Shown: positions 1 through 14,413 of the stretch, piece by piece
Numbering within the stretch: position 1 is the stretch's first letter
How the letters are laid out: the number at the start of each line of letters is the position of its first letter
Assembly (NCBI GenBank): GCA_964035545.1
Contig: OZ037768.1
Coordinates: 14,579,675-14,643,674 of the forward strand
Source of the DNA: Bugula neritina
Lineage: Eukaryota > Animalia > Bryozoa
Direction: 5' to 3'
DNA length: 64,000 nt
Translations under genes and position numbers: made by a program
The notes under the pieces: generated by a model
The model's database searches: none
Told to the model about the DNA's origin: nothing
The model's input: only the letters and a program-made list of their open reading frames with translations

Positions 1-1335
1 ACACTGTAACATATTGAAAAACACTGATACACATTGAAGTATACCGCAACATACTGAAATATGCTGTGGCATACTGAAATACACTGCTAGACACTGAAGT
101 ATACTGTAATATACAGTAATGTACTGTAAAATACTGAAATATACTGCAACATACTGAAATATATGGTAACTTACTGAAATATGTTACAAACTACCGAAAT
201 ATACTTCAAAATACTGAAATATACCTAAAAAAATTGAAATGTACTGAAATACACTGTAACATACTGAAATACACTGTACCATCTTCGAATACACTGCAAC
301 ACATTGAAATACACCGCAACATACCGAAGTATATGGTAGCCTACCGAAATATACTGTAACACATTGAAATATACTGCAACATACTGAAATACACTGCAAC
401 ACACTAAAGTATACTGTAATAAACAGAAATGTGCTGTAACATACTGAAACTTGCAGCAACATATTGAAATATACTGCAAGACATTGAAATATACTGCAAC
501 ATACTGAAATGTGCTGTAGCATACTAAAATACACTGCAACACACTAAACTATACTGTAAAATACAGAAATGTACTGTAAAATACTGAAATACACTGTAAC
601 ATCTTGAAATACACTGCAAAACATTGAACTATACCGCAACATACTGAAATATGCTGTGGCATACTGAAATACATTGTTAACACTGAAGTATACTGTAATA
701 TACAGAAATGTATTGTAACACGCTGAAACATGCAGGAACATACTGAAATATACTGCAAAACATTGAACTATACCGCAACATACTGAAATATGCTGTGGCA
801 TACTGAAATACACTGCTAGACACTGAAGTATACTGTAATATACTGAAATGTACTGTAACATACTGAAAAGTACGGCGACATACTGAAATGTACTGCAACA
901 TACTGAAATACACACCGTAACATACTGAACTCCACTGCAACACATTGAAATATACTGAAATACATTGTAAGATACTGAAATACACTGCAACATACTGCAA
1001 CATTAGGAAATATATGGTAACCTACTGAAATATGTTGCAAAAAACTAAAATATACTGTAACATACTAAGACATACTACAACATACTGAAATATAATGCAA
1101 CATACTGAAATATACTGCAACATACTGCAACATACTGAAATACTCTGTAACATACTGAAATACACTGCAACACACTGAAACCTATTGAAATGTACTGTAA
1201 CATTTTGAAATACACTGCAAAACATTAAAATATACCGCAACTCACTGAAATAAATGGTAACCTACTGAAATATGTTGCAAACCACTGAAACATACTGCAC
1301 CCTACTGAAGTACACTGCAAAACTTTGAAATATAC

Positions 1336-1404
1336 TGCAACATACCGAAGTATATGGTAACCTACTGAAATATGTTGCAAACCACTGAAACATACTGCAA
1401 CATA
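1336..1404. repeat. Representative copy of the recurrent landmark cassette ACCGAA(A/G)TATATGGTAACCTACTGAAATATGTT(G/A)CAAAC, dispersed through the whole array
   Basis: GGTAACC (a BstEII site) occurs at 1016, 1256, 1356, 1726 and onward at irregular spacing of roughly one to several hundred bp. It is the most conserved non-consensus motif in the window. Confidence 0.9.
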
Positions 1405-2510
1405 CTGCAACAAAATGAAATATACTGTAACACACTGAAAAATACTGCAAAATACTGAAATATACTGTAACATACTAAAACATACTGCGACATACTGAAA
1501 TATAATACAACATACTGAATTACACTCCAACATACTGCAACATACTGAAATACTCTGTAACATACTGAAATACACTGCAACACATTGAAATACACTGCAA
1601 AATACTGCAACATACTGTAATACACTGTAACATCTTGAAATACACTGCAACATACTGAAATACACTGTGACATATTGAATTACACTGCAACACACTGAAA
1701 TATACTGAAACATACCGAAATATATGGTAACCTACTGAAATATGTTGCAAACTACTGAAACATACTGCAACATCCTGCAACAAAACGAGATATACTGTAA
1801 TACACTGAAACATACTGCAAAATACTGAAATTAACTGTAACATACTAAGACATACTGCAACATACTGAAATATAATGCAACATACTGAAATACACTGTAA
1901 CATATTGAAAAACACTGATACACATTGAAGTATACCGCAACATACTGAAATATGCTGTGGCATACTGAAATACACTGCTGGACACTGAAGTATACTGTAA
2001 TATACAGTAATGTACTGTAAAATACTGAAATATACTGCAACATACTGAAATATATGGTAACTTACTGAAATATGTTACAAACTACCGAAATATACTTCAA
2101 AATACTGAAATATACCTAAAAAAATTGAAATGTACTGAAATACACTGTAACATACTGAAATACACTGTACCATCTTCGAATACACTGCAACACATTGAAA
2201 TACACCGCAACATACCGAAGTATATGGTAGCCTACCGAAATATACTGTAACACATTGAAATATACTGCAACATACTGAAATACACTGCAACACACTAAAG
2301 TATACTGTAATAAACAGAAATGTGCTGTAACATACTGAAACGTGCAGCAACATATTGAAATATACTGCAAGACATTGAAATATACTGCAACATACTGAAA
2401 TGTGCTGTAGCATACTAAAATACACTGCAACACACTAAACTATACTGTAAAATACAGAAATGTACTGTAAAATACTGAAATACACTGTAACATCTTGAAA
2501 TACACTGCAA

Positions 2511-2885
2511 AACATTGAACTATACCGCAACATACTGAAATATGCTGTGGCATACTGAAATACACTGCTAAACACTGAAGTATACTGTAATATACAGAAA
2601 TGTATTGTAACACGCTGAAACATGCAGCAACATACTGAAATATACTGCAAAACCTTGAACTATACCGCAACATACTGAAATATGCTGTGGCATACTGATA
2701 TACACTGCTAGACACTGAAGTATACTGTAATATACAGAAATGTATTGTAACACGCTGAAACATGCAGGAACATACTGAAATATACTGCAAAACATTGAAC
2801 TATACCGCAACATACTGAAATATGCTGTGGCATACTGAAATACACTGCTAGACACTGAAGTATACTGTAATATACTGAAATGTAC
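2511..2885 (+). repeat. 140-bp (14-monomer) tandem sub-repeat
   Basis: The marker AA(C)(A/C)TTGAACTATACCGC starts at 2511, 2651 and 2791. Only two starts occur in the paralogous copy (~620, ~759), and two more at ~10517 and ~10657. Confidence 0.9.
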
Positions 2886-5800
2886 TGTAACATACTGAAA
2901 AGTACGGCGACATACTGAAATGTACTGCAACATACTGAAATACACACCGTAACATACTGAACCCCACTGCAACACATTGAAATATACTGAAATACATTGT
3001 AAGATACTGAAATACACTGCAACATACTGCAACATTAGGAAATATATGGTAACCTATTGAAATATGTTGCAAAAAACTGAAATATACTGTAACATACTAA
3101 GACATACTACAACATACTGAAATATAATGCAACATACTGAAATATACTGCAACATACTGCAACATACTGAAATACTCTGTAACATACTGAAATACACTGC
3201 AACACACTGAAACCTATTGAAATGTACTGTAACATTTTGAAATACACTGCAAAACATTAAAATATACCGCAACTCACTGAAATATATGGTAACCTACTGA
3301 AATATGTTGCAAACCACTGAAACATACTGCACCCTACTGAAGTACACTGCAAAACTTTGAAATATACTGCAACATACCGAAGTATATGGTAACCTACTGA
3401 AATATGTTGCAAACCACTGAAACATACTGCAACATACTGCAACAAAATGAAATATACTGTAACACACTGAAAAATACTGCAAAATACTGAAATATACTGT
3501 AACATACTAAAACATACTGCGACATACTGAAATATAATACAACATACTGAATTACACTCCAACATACTGCAACATACTGAAATACTCTGTAACATACTGA
3601 AATACACTGCAACACACTGAAACCTATTGAAAAGTACTGTAACATATTGAAATACACTGCAACTTACTGCAAAATGCTGAAATACACTGTAACATTTTGA
3701 AATACACTGCAAAACATTAAAATATACCGCAACATACCGAAATATATGGTAACCTACTGAAATATACTGTAAAACATTGAAATATTATACTGCAACAAAC
3801 TGAAACACACTGCAACACACTAAAGTATACTGTAACATACAAAAATTTACTGTAACATACTGAAACATGCCGCAGAATTTATAATATACTGCAACAGATT
3901 GAAATATACTGCACCATACTGAAATATGCTGTAGCATACTGAAATACACTGCAACACACTGAAGTATACTGTAATATACAGAAATGTACTGTAAAATACT
4001 GAAATATACTTCAACATACTGAAATATACCGAAAAATGTTGAAACATACTGAAATACACTGTAACATACTGAAATACACTGCAACACATTGGAATATACT
4101 GCAACATACCGAAATATATGGTAACCTACTGAAATATGACAAACTACTGAAATATACTGCAACATACTGCAACATAACGAAATATACTGCAACATACTGA
4201 AAGATACTGCAACATACTGGATTATACTGTGGCCTACTGAATCACATTGTAACATTTTGAAATATGATGTAACACACTGAAACATACTGCGACATACTGA
4301 AAATTACCGGAACATACTGGAATAAACAGAGACACGCTAAAATTTTATGCAACATACTGAAAGATGCTGCAATATACCGAAGTATACTGTAACATATTGA
4401 AATATGCTGTAGCATACTGAACTACACTGCAACATACTGCACCCTACTGAAGTACACTGCAAAACTTTGAAATATATTGCAACATACCGAAATATATGGT
4501 AACCTACTGAAATATGTTGCAAACCACTGAAACATACTGCAACATACTGCAACAAAATGAAATATACTGTAACACACTGAAAAATACTGCAAAATACTGA
4601 AATATACTGTAACATACTAAAACATACTGCGACATACTGAAATATAATACAACATACTGAATTACACTCCAACATACTGCAACATACTGAAATACTCTGT
4701 AACATACTGAAATACACTGCAACTCACTGAAACCTATTGAAATGTACTGTAACATACTGAAATACACTGCAACATACTGCAAAATGCTGAAATACACTGT
4801 AACATTTTGAAATACACTGCAAAACATTGAAATATACCGCAACATACCGAAATATATGGTAACCTACTGAAATATACTGTAACACATTGAAATATTATAC
4901 TGCAACAAACTGAAACACACTGCAACACACTAAAGTATACTGTAACATACAAAAATTTCTTGTAACATACTGAAACATGCTGCAGCATTTATAATATACT
5001 GCAACACATTGAAATAGACTGCAACATACTGAAATACACTGCAACACATTGGAATATACTGCAACATACCGAAATATATGGTAACCTACTGAAATATGTT
5101 ACAAACTTCTGAAACATACTGCAACATACTGCAACATAATCAAATATACTGCCATATACTGAAAGATACTGCAACATACTGCAACATACTGAAATACACT
5201 GTAACATACTGAAATACACTGTAACACATTGGAATATACTGCAACATACCAAAATATATGGTAACCTACTGAAATATGTTGCAAACTACTGAAATATACT
5301 GCAACATACTGCAACATAATGAAATATACTGCAACAAACTGAAAGATACTGCAACATACTGAATTATACTGTGGCCTACTGAAACACATTGTAACATTTT
5401 GAAATATGATGTAATACACCGAAACATAGTGCAACATACTGAAATTTACTGGAACATACTGGAATAAACTGTGACACACTAAATTATTATGCAACAGACT
5501 GAAAAACACCGCAACATACTGAAATATACTGAGACACAATGAAACATACTGCAACATACTGAAATAGGCCGCAGCATACTGAAATACACTGCAACACACT
5601 GAAGTATACTGTAATACACAGATATGTACTGTCCTATACTGAAATACACTGCAACTTACTGAAATACACTGTAACATACTGAATTACACTGCAACACACT
5701 GAAGTAAACTGTAATATACAGTAATGTACTGTAAAATACTGAAATATACTGCAACATACTGAAAGATATGGTAACCTACTGAAATATGTTACAAACTACC

Positions 5801-6679
5801 GAACAATACTTCAAAATACTGAAATATACATAAAAATATTTATTTATACTGAAATACACTGTAACAAACTGAAATACACTGTAACATATTGAAATACACT
5901 GCAACACATTGAAATATACCGCAACATACCGAAATACTCTGCATCACACTGAAGTATACTGTAATATACAGAAATGTATTGTAACACGCTGAAACATGCA
6001 GCAACATACTGAAATATACTGCAACCCATTGAAGTAAACCGCAACATACTGAAATATGCTGTGGAATACTGAAATACACTGCTAGACACTGAAGTATACT
6101 GTAATATACAGAAATGTACTGTAACATACTGAAATGTACGGCGACATACTGCAACATACTGCAACATACTGAAATACTCTGTAACATACTGAAATACACT
6201 GCAACACACTGAAACCTATTGAAATGTACTGTAACATATTGAAATACACTGCAACATACTGCAAAATGCGGAAATAAACTGTAACATTTTGAAATACACT
6301 GCAAAACATTAAAATATACCGCAACATACCGAAATATATGGTAACCCACTGAAATATACTGTAACACATTGAAATATTATACTGCAACAAACTGAAACAC
6401 ACTGCAACACACTAAAGTATACTGTAACATACAAAAATTTCCTGTAACATACTGAAACATGCCGCAGCATTTATAATATACTGCAACACATTGAAATATA
6501 CTGCAACATACTGAAATGTGCTGTAGCATACTGAAATACACTGCAACACACTGAAGTATACTGTAATATACAGAAATGTACTAGAAAACCCTGAAATATA
6601 TTTCAACATACTGAAAACTACCTAAAAACATTGAAACATACTGAAATACACTGTAACATACGGAATTACACTGCAACAT

Positions 6680-9600
6680 ACTGAAATACACTGTAACGTA
6701 GTGAAATACACTGCAACACATTGAAATATACTGCAACATACCGAAGTATATGTTAACCTACTGAAATATGTTGCAAACCACTGAAACATACTGCAACATA
6801 CTGCAACAAAAAAGAAATATACTGTAACACACTGAAACATACTGCAAATTACTGAAATATACTGTAACATACTAAACCATACTGCGACATACTGAAATAT
6901 AATACAACATACTGAATTACACTGCAACATACTGAAATAAACTTCAACATACTGAAATATACCTAAAAATATTGGAACATATTGAAATACCCTGTAAGAT
7001 ACTGAAATACACTGCAACACATTGGAATATACTGCAACATACCAAAAAAGATGGTAACCTACTGAAATATGTTACAAACTACTGAAACATACTGCAACAT
7101 ACTGCAACATACTGAAACATACGGCAACATACTGAAATATACTGTGAGACAATGAAATATACTGCAACATACTGAAATATATGGTAACCTACTGAAATAT
7201 ACTGTAACACATTGAAATATTATACTGCAACAAACTGAAACACACTGCAACACACTAAAGTATACTGTAACATACAAAAATTTACTGTAACATACTGAAA
7301 CATGCCGCAGCATTTATAATACACTGCAACAGATTGAAATATACTGCACCATACTGAAATATGCTGTAGCATAATGAAATACACTGCAACACACTGAAGT
7401 ATACTGTAATATACAGAAATGTATTGTAAAATACTGAAATATACTTCAACATACTGAAATATACCTAAAAATGTTGAAACATACTGAAATACAGTGTAAC
7501 ATACTGAAATACACTGCAACACATTGGAATATACTGCAACATACCGAAATATATGGTAACCTACTGAAATATGACAAACTACTGAAATATACTGCAACAT
7601 ACTGCAACATAATGAAATATACTGCAACATACTGAAAGATACTGCAACATACTGGATTATACTGTGGCCTACTGAATCACATTGTAACATTTTGAAAAAT
7701 GATGTAACACACTGAAACATACTGCGACATACTGAAAATTACCGGAACATACTGGAATAAACAGAGACACGCTAAAGTTTTATGCAACATACTGAAAGAT
7801 ACTGCAATATACCGAAGTATACTGGAACATATGGAAATATGCTGTAGCATACTGAACTACACTGCAACATACTGCACCCTACTGAAGTACACTGCAAAAC
7901 TTTGAAATATACTGCAACATACCGAAATATATGGTAACCTACTGAAATATGTTGCAAACCACTGAAACATACTGCAACATACTGCAACAAAATGAAATAT
8001 ACTGTAACACACTGAAACATACTGCAAAATACTGAAATATACTGTAACATACTAAAGCATACTGCGACATACTGAAATATAATACAACATACTGAATTAC
8101 ACTCCAACATACTGAAATAAACCTCAACATACCTTAATATACCTAAAAACAATGAAACCTATTGAAATACACTGTAAGATACTGAAATACACTGCAACAC
8201 ATCAAAATATACTGCAACATACCAAAAAATATGGTAACCTACTGAAATATGTTACAAACTACTGAAACATACTGCAACATACTGCAACATAATGAAATAT
8301 ACTGCAACATACTGAAAGATACTGCAACATACTGTAACTAACTAAAATACACTGTAACATACTGAAATATACTGCAACATACTGAAATATACTGCAAGAT
8401 ACTGCAACATACTGAAATACATTGTAAGAGACTGAAATACACTGCAACATACTGCATTATACTGCAACATACTGCAACATATTGAAATACAATGTAACAT
8501 ATTGAAACACACTGCAACACATTGAAATATACTGAAACATACTGAAACATACGGCATCATACTGAAATATACTGCGACACATTGAAAAATACTGCAACAT
8601 ACTGTAATATGCTGTAGCATACTGAAATACACTGCAACACACTGAAATATACTGTAATATACAGAATATTACTGTAACATACTAAAACATGCGACAACAT
8701 ATTGAAATATAATGCAACACATTGAAATATACTGCAACATGCCGAAATATATGGTAACCTACTGAAATATGTTGCAAACTACCGAAACATACTGCAACAT
8801 CCTGCAACAAAACGAAATAGACTGTAATACACTGAAACATACTGCAAAATACTGAAATTAACTGTAACATACTAAGACATACTGCAACATACTGATATAT
8901 AATGCAACAAATTGAAATTTACTGCAATATACAAAATACACTGCAACACACTGCAACATACTGAAAAATACTGTATCATATTGAAATACACTGTAACATA
9001 TTGAAAAACACTGCAACACATTGAAATACACTGCAACATACTGCAACATACTGTAATACACTGTAACATCTTGAAATACACTGCAACATACTGAAATACA
9101 CTGTAACATGTTGAAAAACACTGATACACATTGAAGTATACCGCAACGTACTGAAATATGCTGTGGCATACTGAAATACACTGCTAGACACTGAAGTATA
9201 CTGTTATATACAGTAATGTACTGTGAAATACTGAAATATACTGCAACATACTGAAATATATGGTAACCTACTGAAATATGTTACAAACTACCGAAATATA
9301 CTTCAAAATACTGAAATATACCTAAAAAAATTGAAATGTACTGAAATACACTGTAACATACTGAAATACACTGTAACATCTTGGAATACACTGCAACACA
9401 TTGAAATACACCGCAACATACCGAAGTATATGGTAGCCTACTGAAATATACTGTAACACATTGAAATATACTGCAACATACTGAAATACACTGCAACACA
9501 CTAAAGTATACTGTAATAAACAGAAATGTGCTGTAACATACTGAAACGTGCAGCAACATATTGAAATATACTGCAACATACTGAAATGTGCTGTAGCATA

Positions 9601-12600
9601 CTAAAATACACTGCAACACACTAAACTATACTGTAAAATACAGAAATGTACTGTAAAATACTGATATACACTGTAACACATTGGAATATACTGCAACATA
9701 CCAAAATATATGGTAACCTACTGAAATATGTTGCAAACTACTGAAATATACTGCAACATACTGCAACATAATGAAATATACTGCAACAAACTGAAAGATA
9801 CTGCAACATACTGAATTATACTGTGGCCTACTGAAACACATTGTAAAATTTTGAAATATGATGTAATACGCCGAAACATAGTGCAACATACTGAAATTTA
9901 CCGGAACATACTGGAATAAACTGTGACACACTAAATTATTATGCAACAGACTGAAAGACACCGCAACATACTGAAATATACTGAGACACAATGAAATATA
10001 CTGCAACATACTGAAATAGGCCGCAGCATACTGAAATACACTGCAACACACAGAAGTATACTGTAATACACAGACATGTACTGTCCCATACTGAAACATA
10101 CGTCAACATACTGAAATGTACTGCAACATACTGAAATATACTGCAACTTACTGAAATACACTGCAACATACTGAATTACACGGCAACACACTGAAGTAAA
10201 CTGTAATATACAGTAATGTACTGTAAAATACTGAAATATACTGCAACATACTGAAATATATGGTAACCTACTGAAATATGTTACAAACTACCGAAGTATA
10301 CTTCAAAATACTGAAATATACCTAAAAATATTGAAATATACTGAAATACACAGTAACATACTGAAATACACTGTAACATATTGAAATACACTGCAACACA
10401 TTGAAATATAGCGCAACATACCGAAATACTCTGCATCACACTGAAGTATATTGTAATATACAGAAATGTATTGTAACACGCTGAAACATGCAGCAACATA
10501 CTGAAATATACTGCAAAACATTGAACTGTACTGCAACATTCTGAAATATGCTGTGGCATACTGAAATACACTGCTAGACACTGAAGTATACTGTAATATA
10601 CAGAAATGTATTGTAACACGCTGAAACATGCAGCAACATACTGAAATATACTGCAAAACATTGAACTATACCGCAACATACTGAAATATGCTGAGGCATA
10701 CTGAAATACACTGCTAGACACTGAAGTATACTGTAATATACAGAAATGTACTGTAACATACTGAAAAGTACGGCGACATACTGAAATGTACTGCAACATA
10801 CTGAAATACACCGAAACAAACTGAATATATGGTAACCTAACAAAATATGTTGCAAACTACTAAAATATACTGAAAGTCACCAACAAATATCGCAACTGTG
10901 CAACATAATGGAATATACGGCAAAAACACTGGAATATACTGCAACAACCTAAGAGATACTGCAAAATACTGCGACATACTGAAATACACTGTAACATACG
11001 GAATTACACTGCAACATACTGCAACATACTGAAATACACCATAACATAGTGAAATATACTGCAACACATTGAAATATACTGCAATATACCGAAGTCTATG
11101 TTAACATACTGAAATATGTTGCAAACCACTGAAACATACTGCAACATACTGCAACAAAAAAGAAATATACTGTAACACACTGAAACATACTGCAAAATAC
11201 TGAAATATACTGTAACATACTAAACCATACTGCGACATACTGAAATATAATACAACATACTGAATTACACTGCAACATACTGAAATAAACTTCAACATAC
11301 TGAAATATACCTAAAAATATTGGAACATATTGAAATACCCTGTAAGATACTGAAATACACTGCAACACATTGGAATATACTGCAACATACCAAAAAACAT
11401 GGTAACCTACTGAAATATGTTACAAACTACTGAAACATACTGCAACATACTGCAACATACTGAAACATACGGCAACATACTGAAATATACTGTGAGACAA
11501 TGAAATATACTGCAACATACTGAAATATATGGTAACCTACTGAAATATACTGTAACACATTGAAATATTATACTGCAACAAACTGAAACACACTGCAACA
11601 CACTAAAGTATACTGTAACATACAAAAATTTACTGTAACATACTGAAACATGCCGCAGCATTTATAATACACTGCAACAGATTGAAATATACTGCACCAT
11701 ACTGAAATATGCTGTAGCATAATGAAATACACTGCAACACACTGAAGTATACTGTAATATACAGAAATGTATTGTAAAATACTGAAATATACTTCAACAT
11801 ACTGAAATATACCTAAAAATGTTGAAACATACTGAAATACACTGTAACATACTGAAATACACTGCAACACATTGGAATATACTGCAACATACCGAAATAT
11901 ATGGTAACCTACTGAAATATGACAAACTACTGAAATATACTGCAACATACTGCAACATAATGAAATATACTGCAACATACTGAAAGATACTGCAACATAC
12001 TGGATTATACTGTGGCCTACTGAATCACATTGTAACATTTTGAAAAATGATGTAACACACTGAAACATACTGCGACATACTGAAAATTACCGGAACATAC
12101 TGGAATAAACAGAGACACGCTAAAATTTTATGCAACATACTGAAAGATACTGCAATATACCGAAGTATACTGGAACATATTGAAATATGCTGTAGCATAC
12201 TGAACTACACTGCAACATACTGCACCCTACTGAAGTACACTGCAAAACTTTGAAATATACTGCAACATACCGAAATATATGGTAACCTACTGAAATATGT
12301 TGCAAACCACTGAAACATACTGCAACATACTGCAACAAAATGAAATATACTGTAACACACTGAAACATACTGCAAAATACTGAAATATACTGTAACATAC
12401 TAAAGCATACTGCGACATACTGAAATATAATACAACATACTGAATTACACTCCAACATACTGAAATAAACCTCAACATACCTTAATATACCTAAAAACAA
12501 TGAAACCTATTGAAATACACTGTAAGATACTGAAATACACTGCAACACATTAAAATATACTGCAACATACCAAAAAATATGGTAACCTACTGAAATATGT

Positions 12601-14413
12601 TACAAACTACTGAAACATACTGCAACATACTGCAACATAATGAAATATACTGCAACATACTGAAAGATACTGCAACATACTGTAACTAACTAAAATACAC
12701 TGTAACATACTGAAATATACTGCAACATACTGAAATATACTGCAAGATACTGCAACATACTGAAATACATTGTAAGAGACTGAAATACACTGCAACATAC
12801 TGCATTATACTGCAACATACTGCAACATATTGAAATACAATGTAACATATTGAAACACACTGCAACACATTGAAATATACTGAAACATACTGAAACATAC
12901 GGCATCATACTGAAATATACTGCGACACATTGAAAAATACTGCAACATACTGTAATATGCTGTAGCATACTGAAATACACTGCAACACACTGAAATATAC
13001 TGTAATATACAGAATATTACTGTAACATACTAAAACATGCGACAACATATTGAAATATAATGCAACACATTGAAATATACTGCAACATGCCGAAATATAT
13101 GGTAACCTACTGAAATATGTTGCAAACTACCGAAACATACTGCAACATCCTGCAACAAAACGAAATAGACTGTAATACACTGAAACATACTGCAAAATAC
13201 TGAAATTAACTGTAACATACTAAGACATACTGCAACATACTGATATATAATGCAACAAATTGAAATTTACTGCAATATACAAAATACACTGCAACACACT
13301 GCAACATACTGAAAAATACTGTATCATATTGAAATACACTGTAACATATTGAAAAACACTGCAACACATTGAAATACACTGCAACATACTGCAACATACT
13401 GTAATACACTGTAACATCTTGAAATACACTGCAACATACTGAAATACACCGTAACATGTTGAAAAACACTGATACACATTGAAGTATACCGCAACGTACT
13501 GAAATATGCTGTGGCATACTGAAATACACTGCTAGACACTGAAGTATACTGTTATATACAGTAATGTACTGTAAAATACTGAAATATACTGCAACATACT
13601 GAAATATATGGTAACCTACTGAAATATGTTACAAACTACCGAAATATACTTCAAAATACTGAAATATACCTAAAAAAATTGAAATGTACTGAAATACACT
13701 GTAACATACTGAAATACACTGTAACATCTTGGAATACACTGCAACACATTGAAATACACCGCAACATACCGAAGTATATGGTAGCCTACTGAAATATACT
13801 GTAACACATTGAAATATACTGCAACATACTGAAATACACTGCAACACACTAAAGTATACTGTAATAAACAGAAATGTGCTGTAACATACTGAAACGTGCA
13901 GCAACATATTGAAATATACTGCAACATACTGAAATGTGCTGTAGCATACTAAAATACACTGCAACACACTAAACTATACTGTAAAATACAGAAATGTACT
14001 GTAAAATACTGATATACACTGTAACACATTGGAATATACTGCAACATACCAAAATATATGGTAACCTACTGAAATATGTTGCAAACTACTGAAATATACT
14101 GCAACATACTGCAACATAATGAAATATACTGCAACAAACTGAAAGATACTGCAACATACTGAATTATACTGTGGCCTACTGAAACACATTGTAAAATTTT
14201 GAAATATGATGTAATACGCCGAAACATAGTGCAACATACTGAAATTTACCGGAACATACTGGAATAAACTGTGACACACTAAATTATTATGCAACAGACT
14301 GAAAGACACCGCAACATACTGAAATATACTGAGACACAATGAAATATACTGCAACATACTGAAATAGGCCGCAGCATACTGAAATACACTGCAACACACA
14401 GAAGTATACTGTA
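6680..14413 (+). repeat. ~3.4-kb block duplicated at offset 4348 bp (~6680-10065 and ~11030-14413)
   Basis: ORF pairs 7059/11407, 7220/11568, 7772/12120, 8858/13206, 9281/13629 and 9626/13974 are all offset by 4348. The copies diverge after CAGAAGTATACTGTAA (10065/14413). Confidence 0.93.

Larger units (their letters stand above)
1..3617 (+). repeat. Tandem duplication, period 1891 bp (1-1891 and 1892-~3617)
   Basis: ACACTGTAACATATTGAAAAACACTGATAC occurs at 1 and 1892. Matching ORFs start at 184/2075 and 225/2116 (offset 1891). The offset becomes 2032 (1022/3054, 1262/3294) after an extra 140-bp unit plus a 1-bp indel. Confidence 0.92.

Noticed and set aside
1010-1760. CRISPR-like pattern of a conserved, partly palindromic ~35-bp landmark with variable intervening sequence
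   Set aside because: The intervening segments are 100-700 bp of the same satellite, not unique spacers of uniform length, and there are no cas genes or leader.
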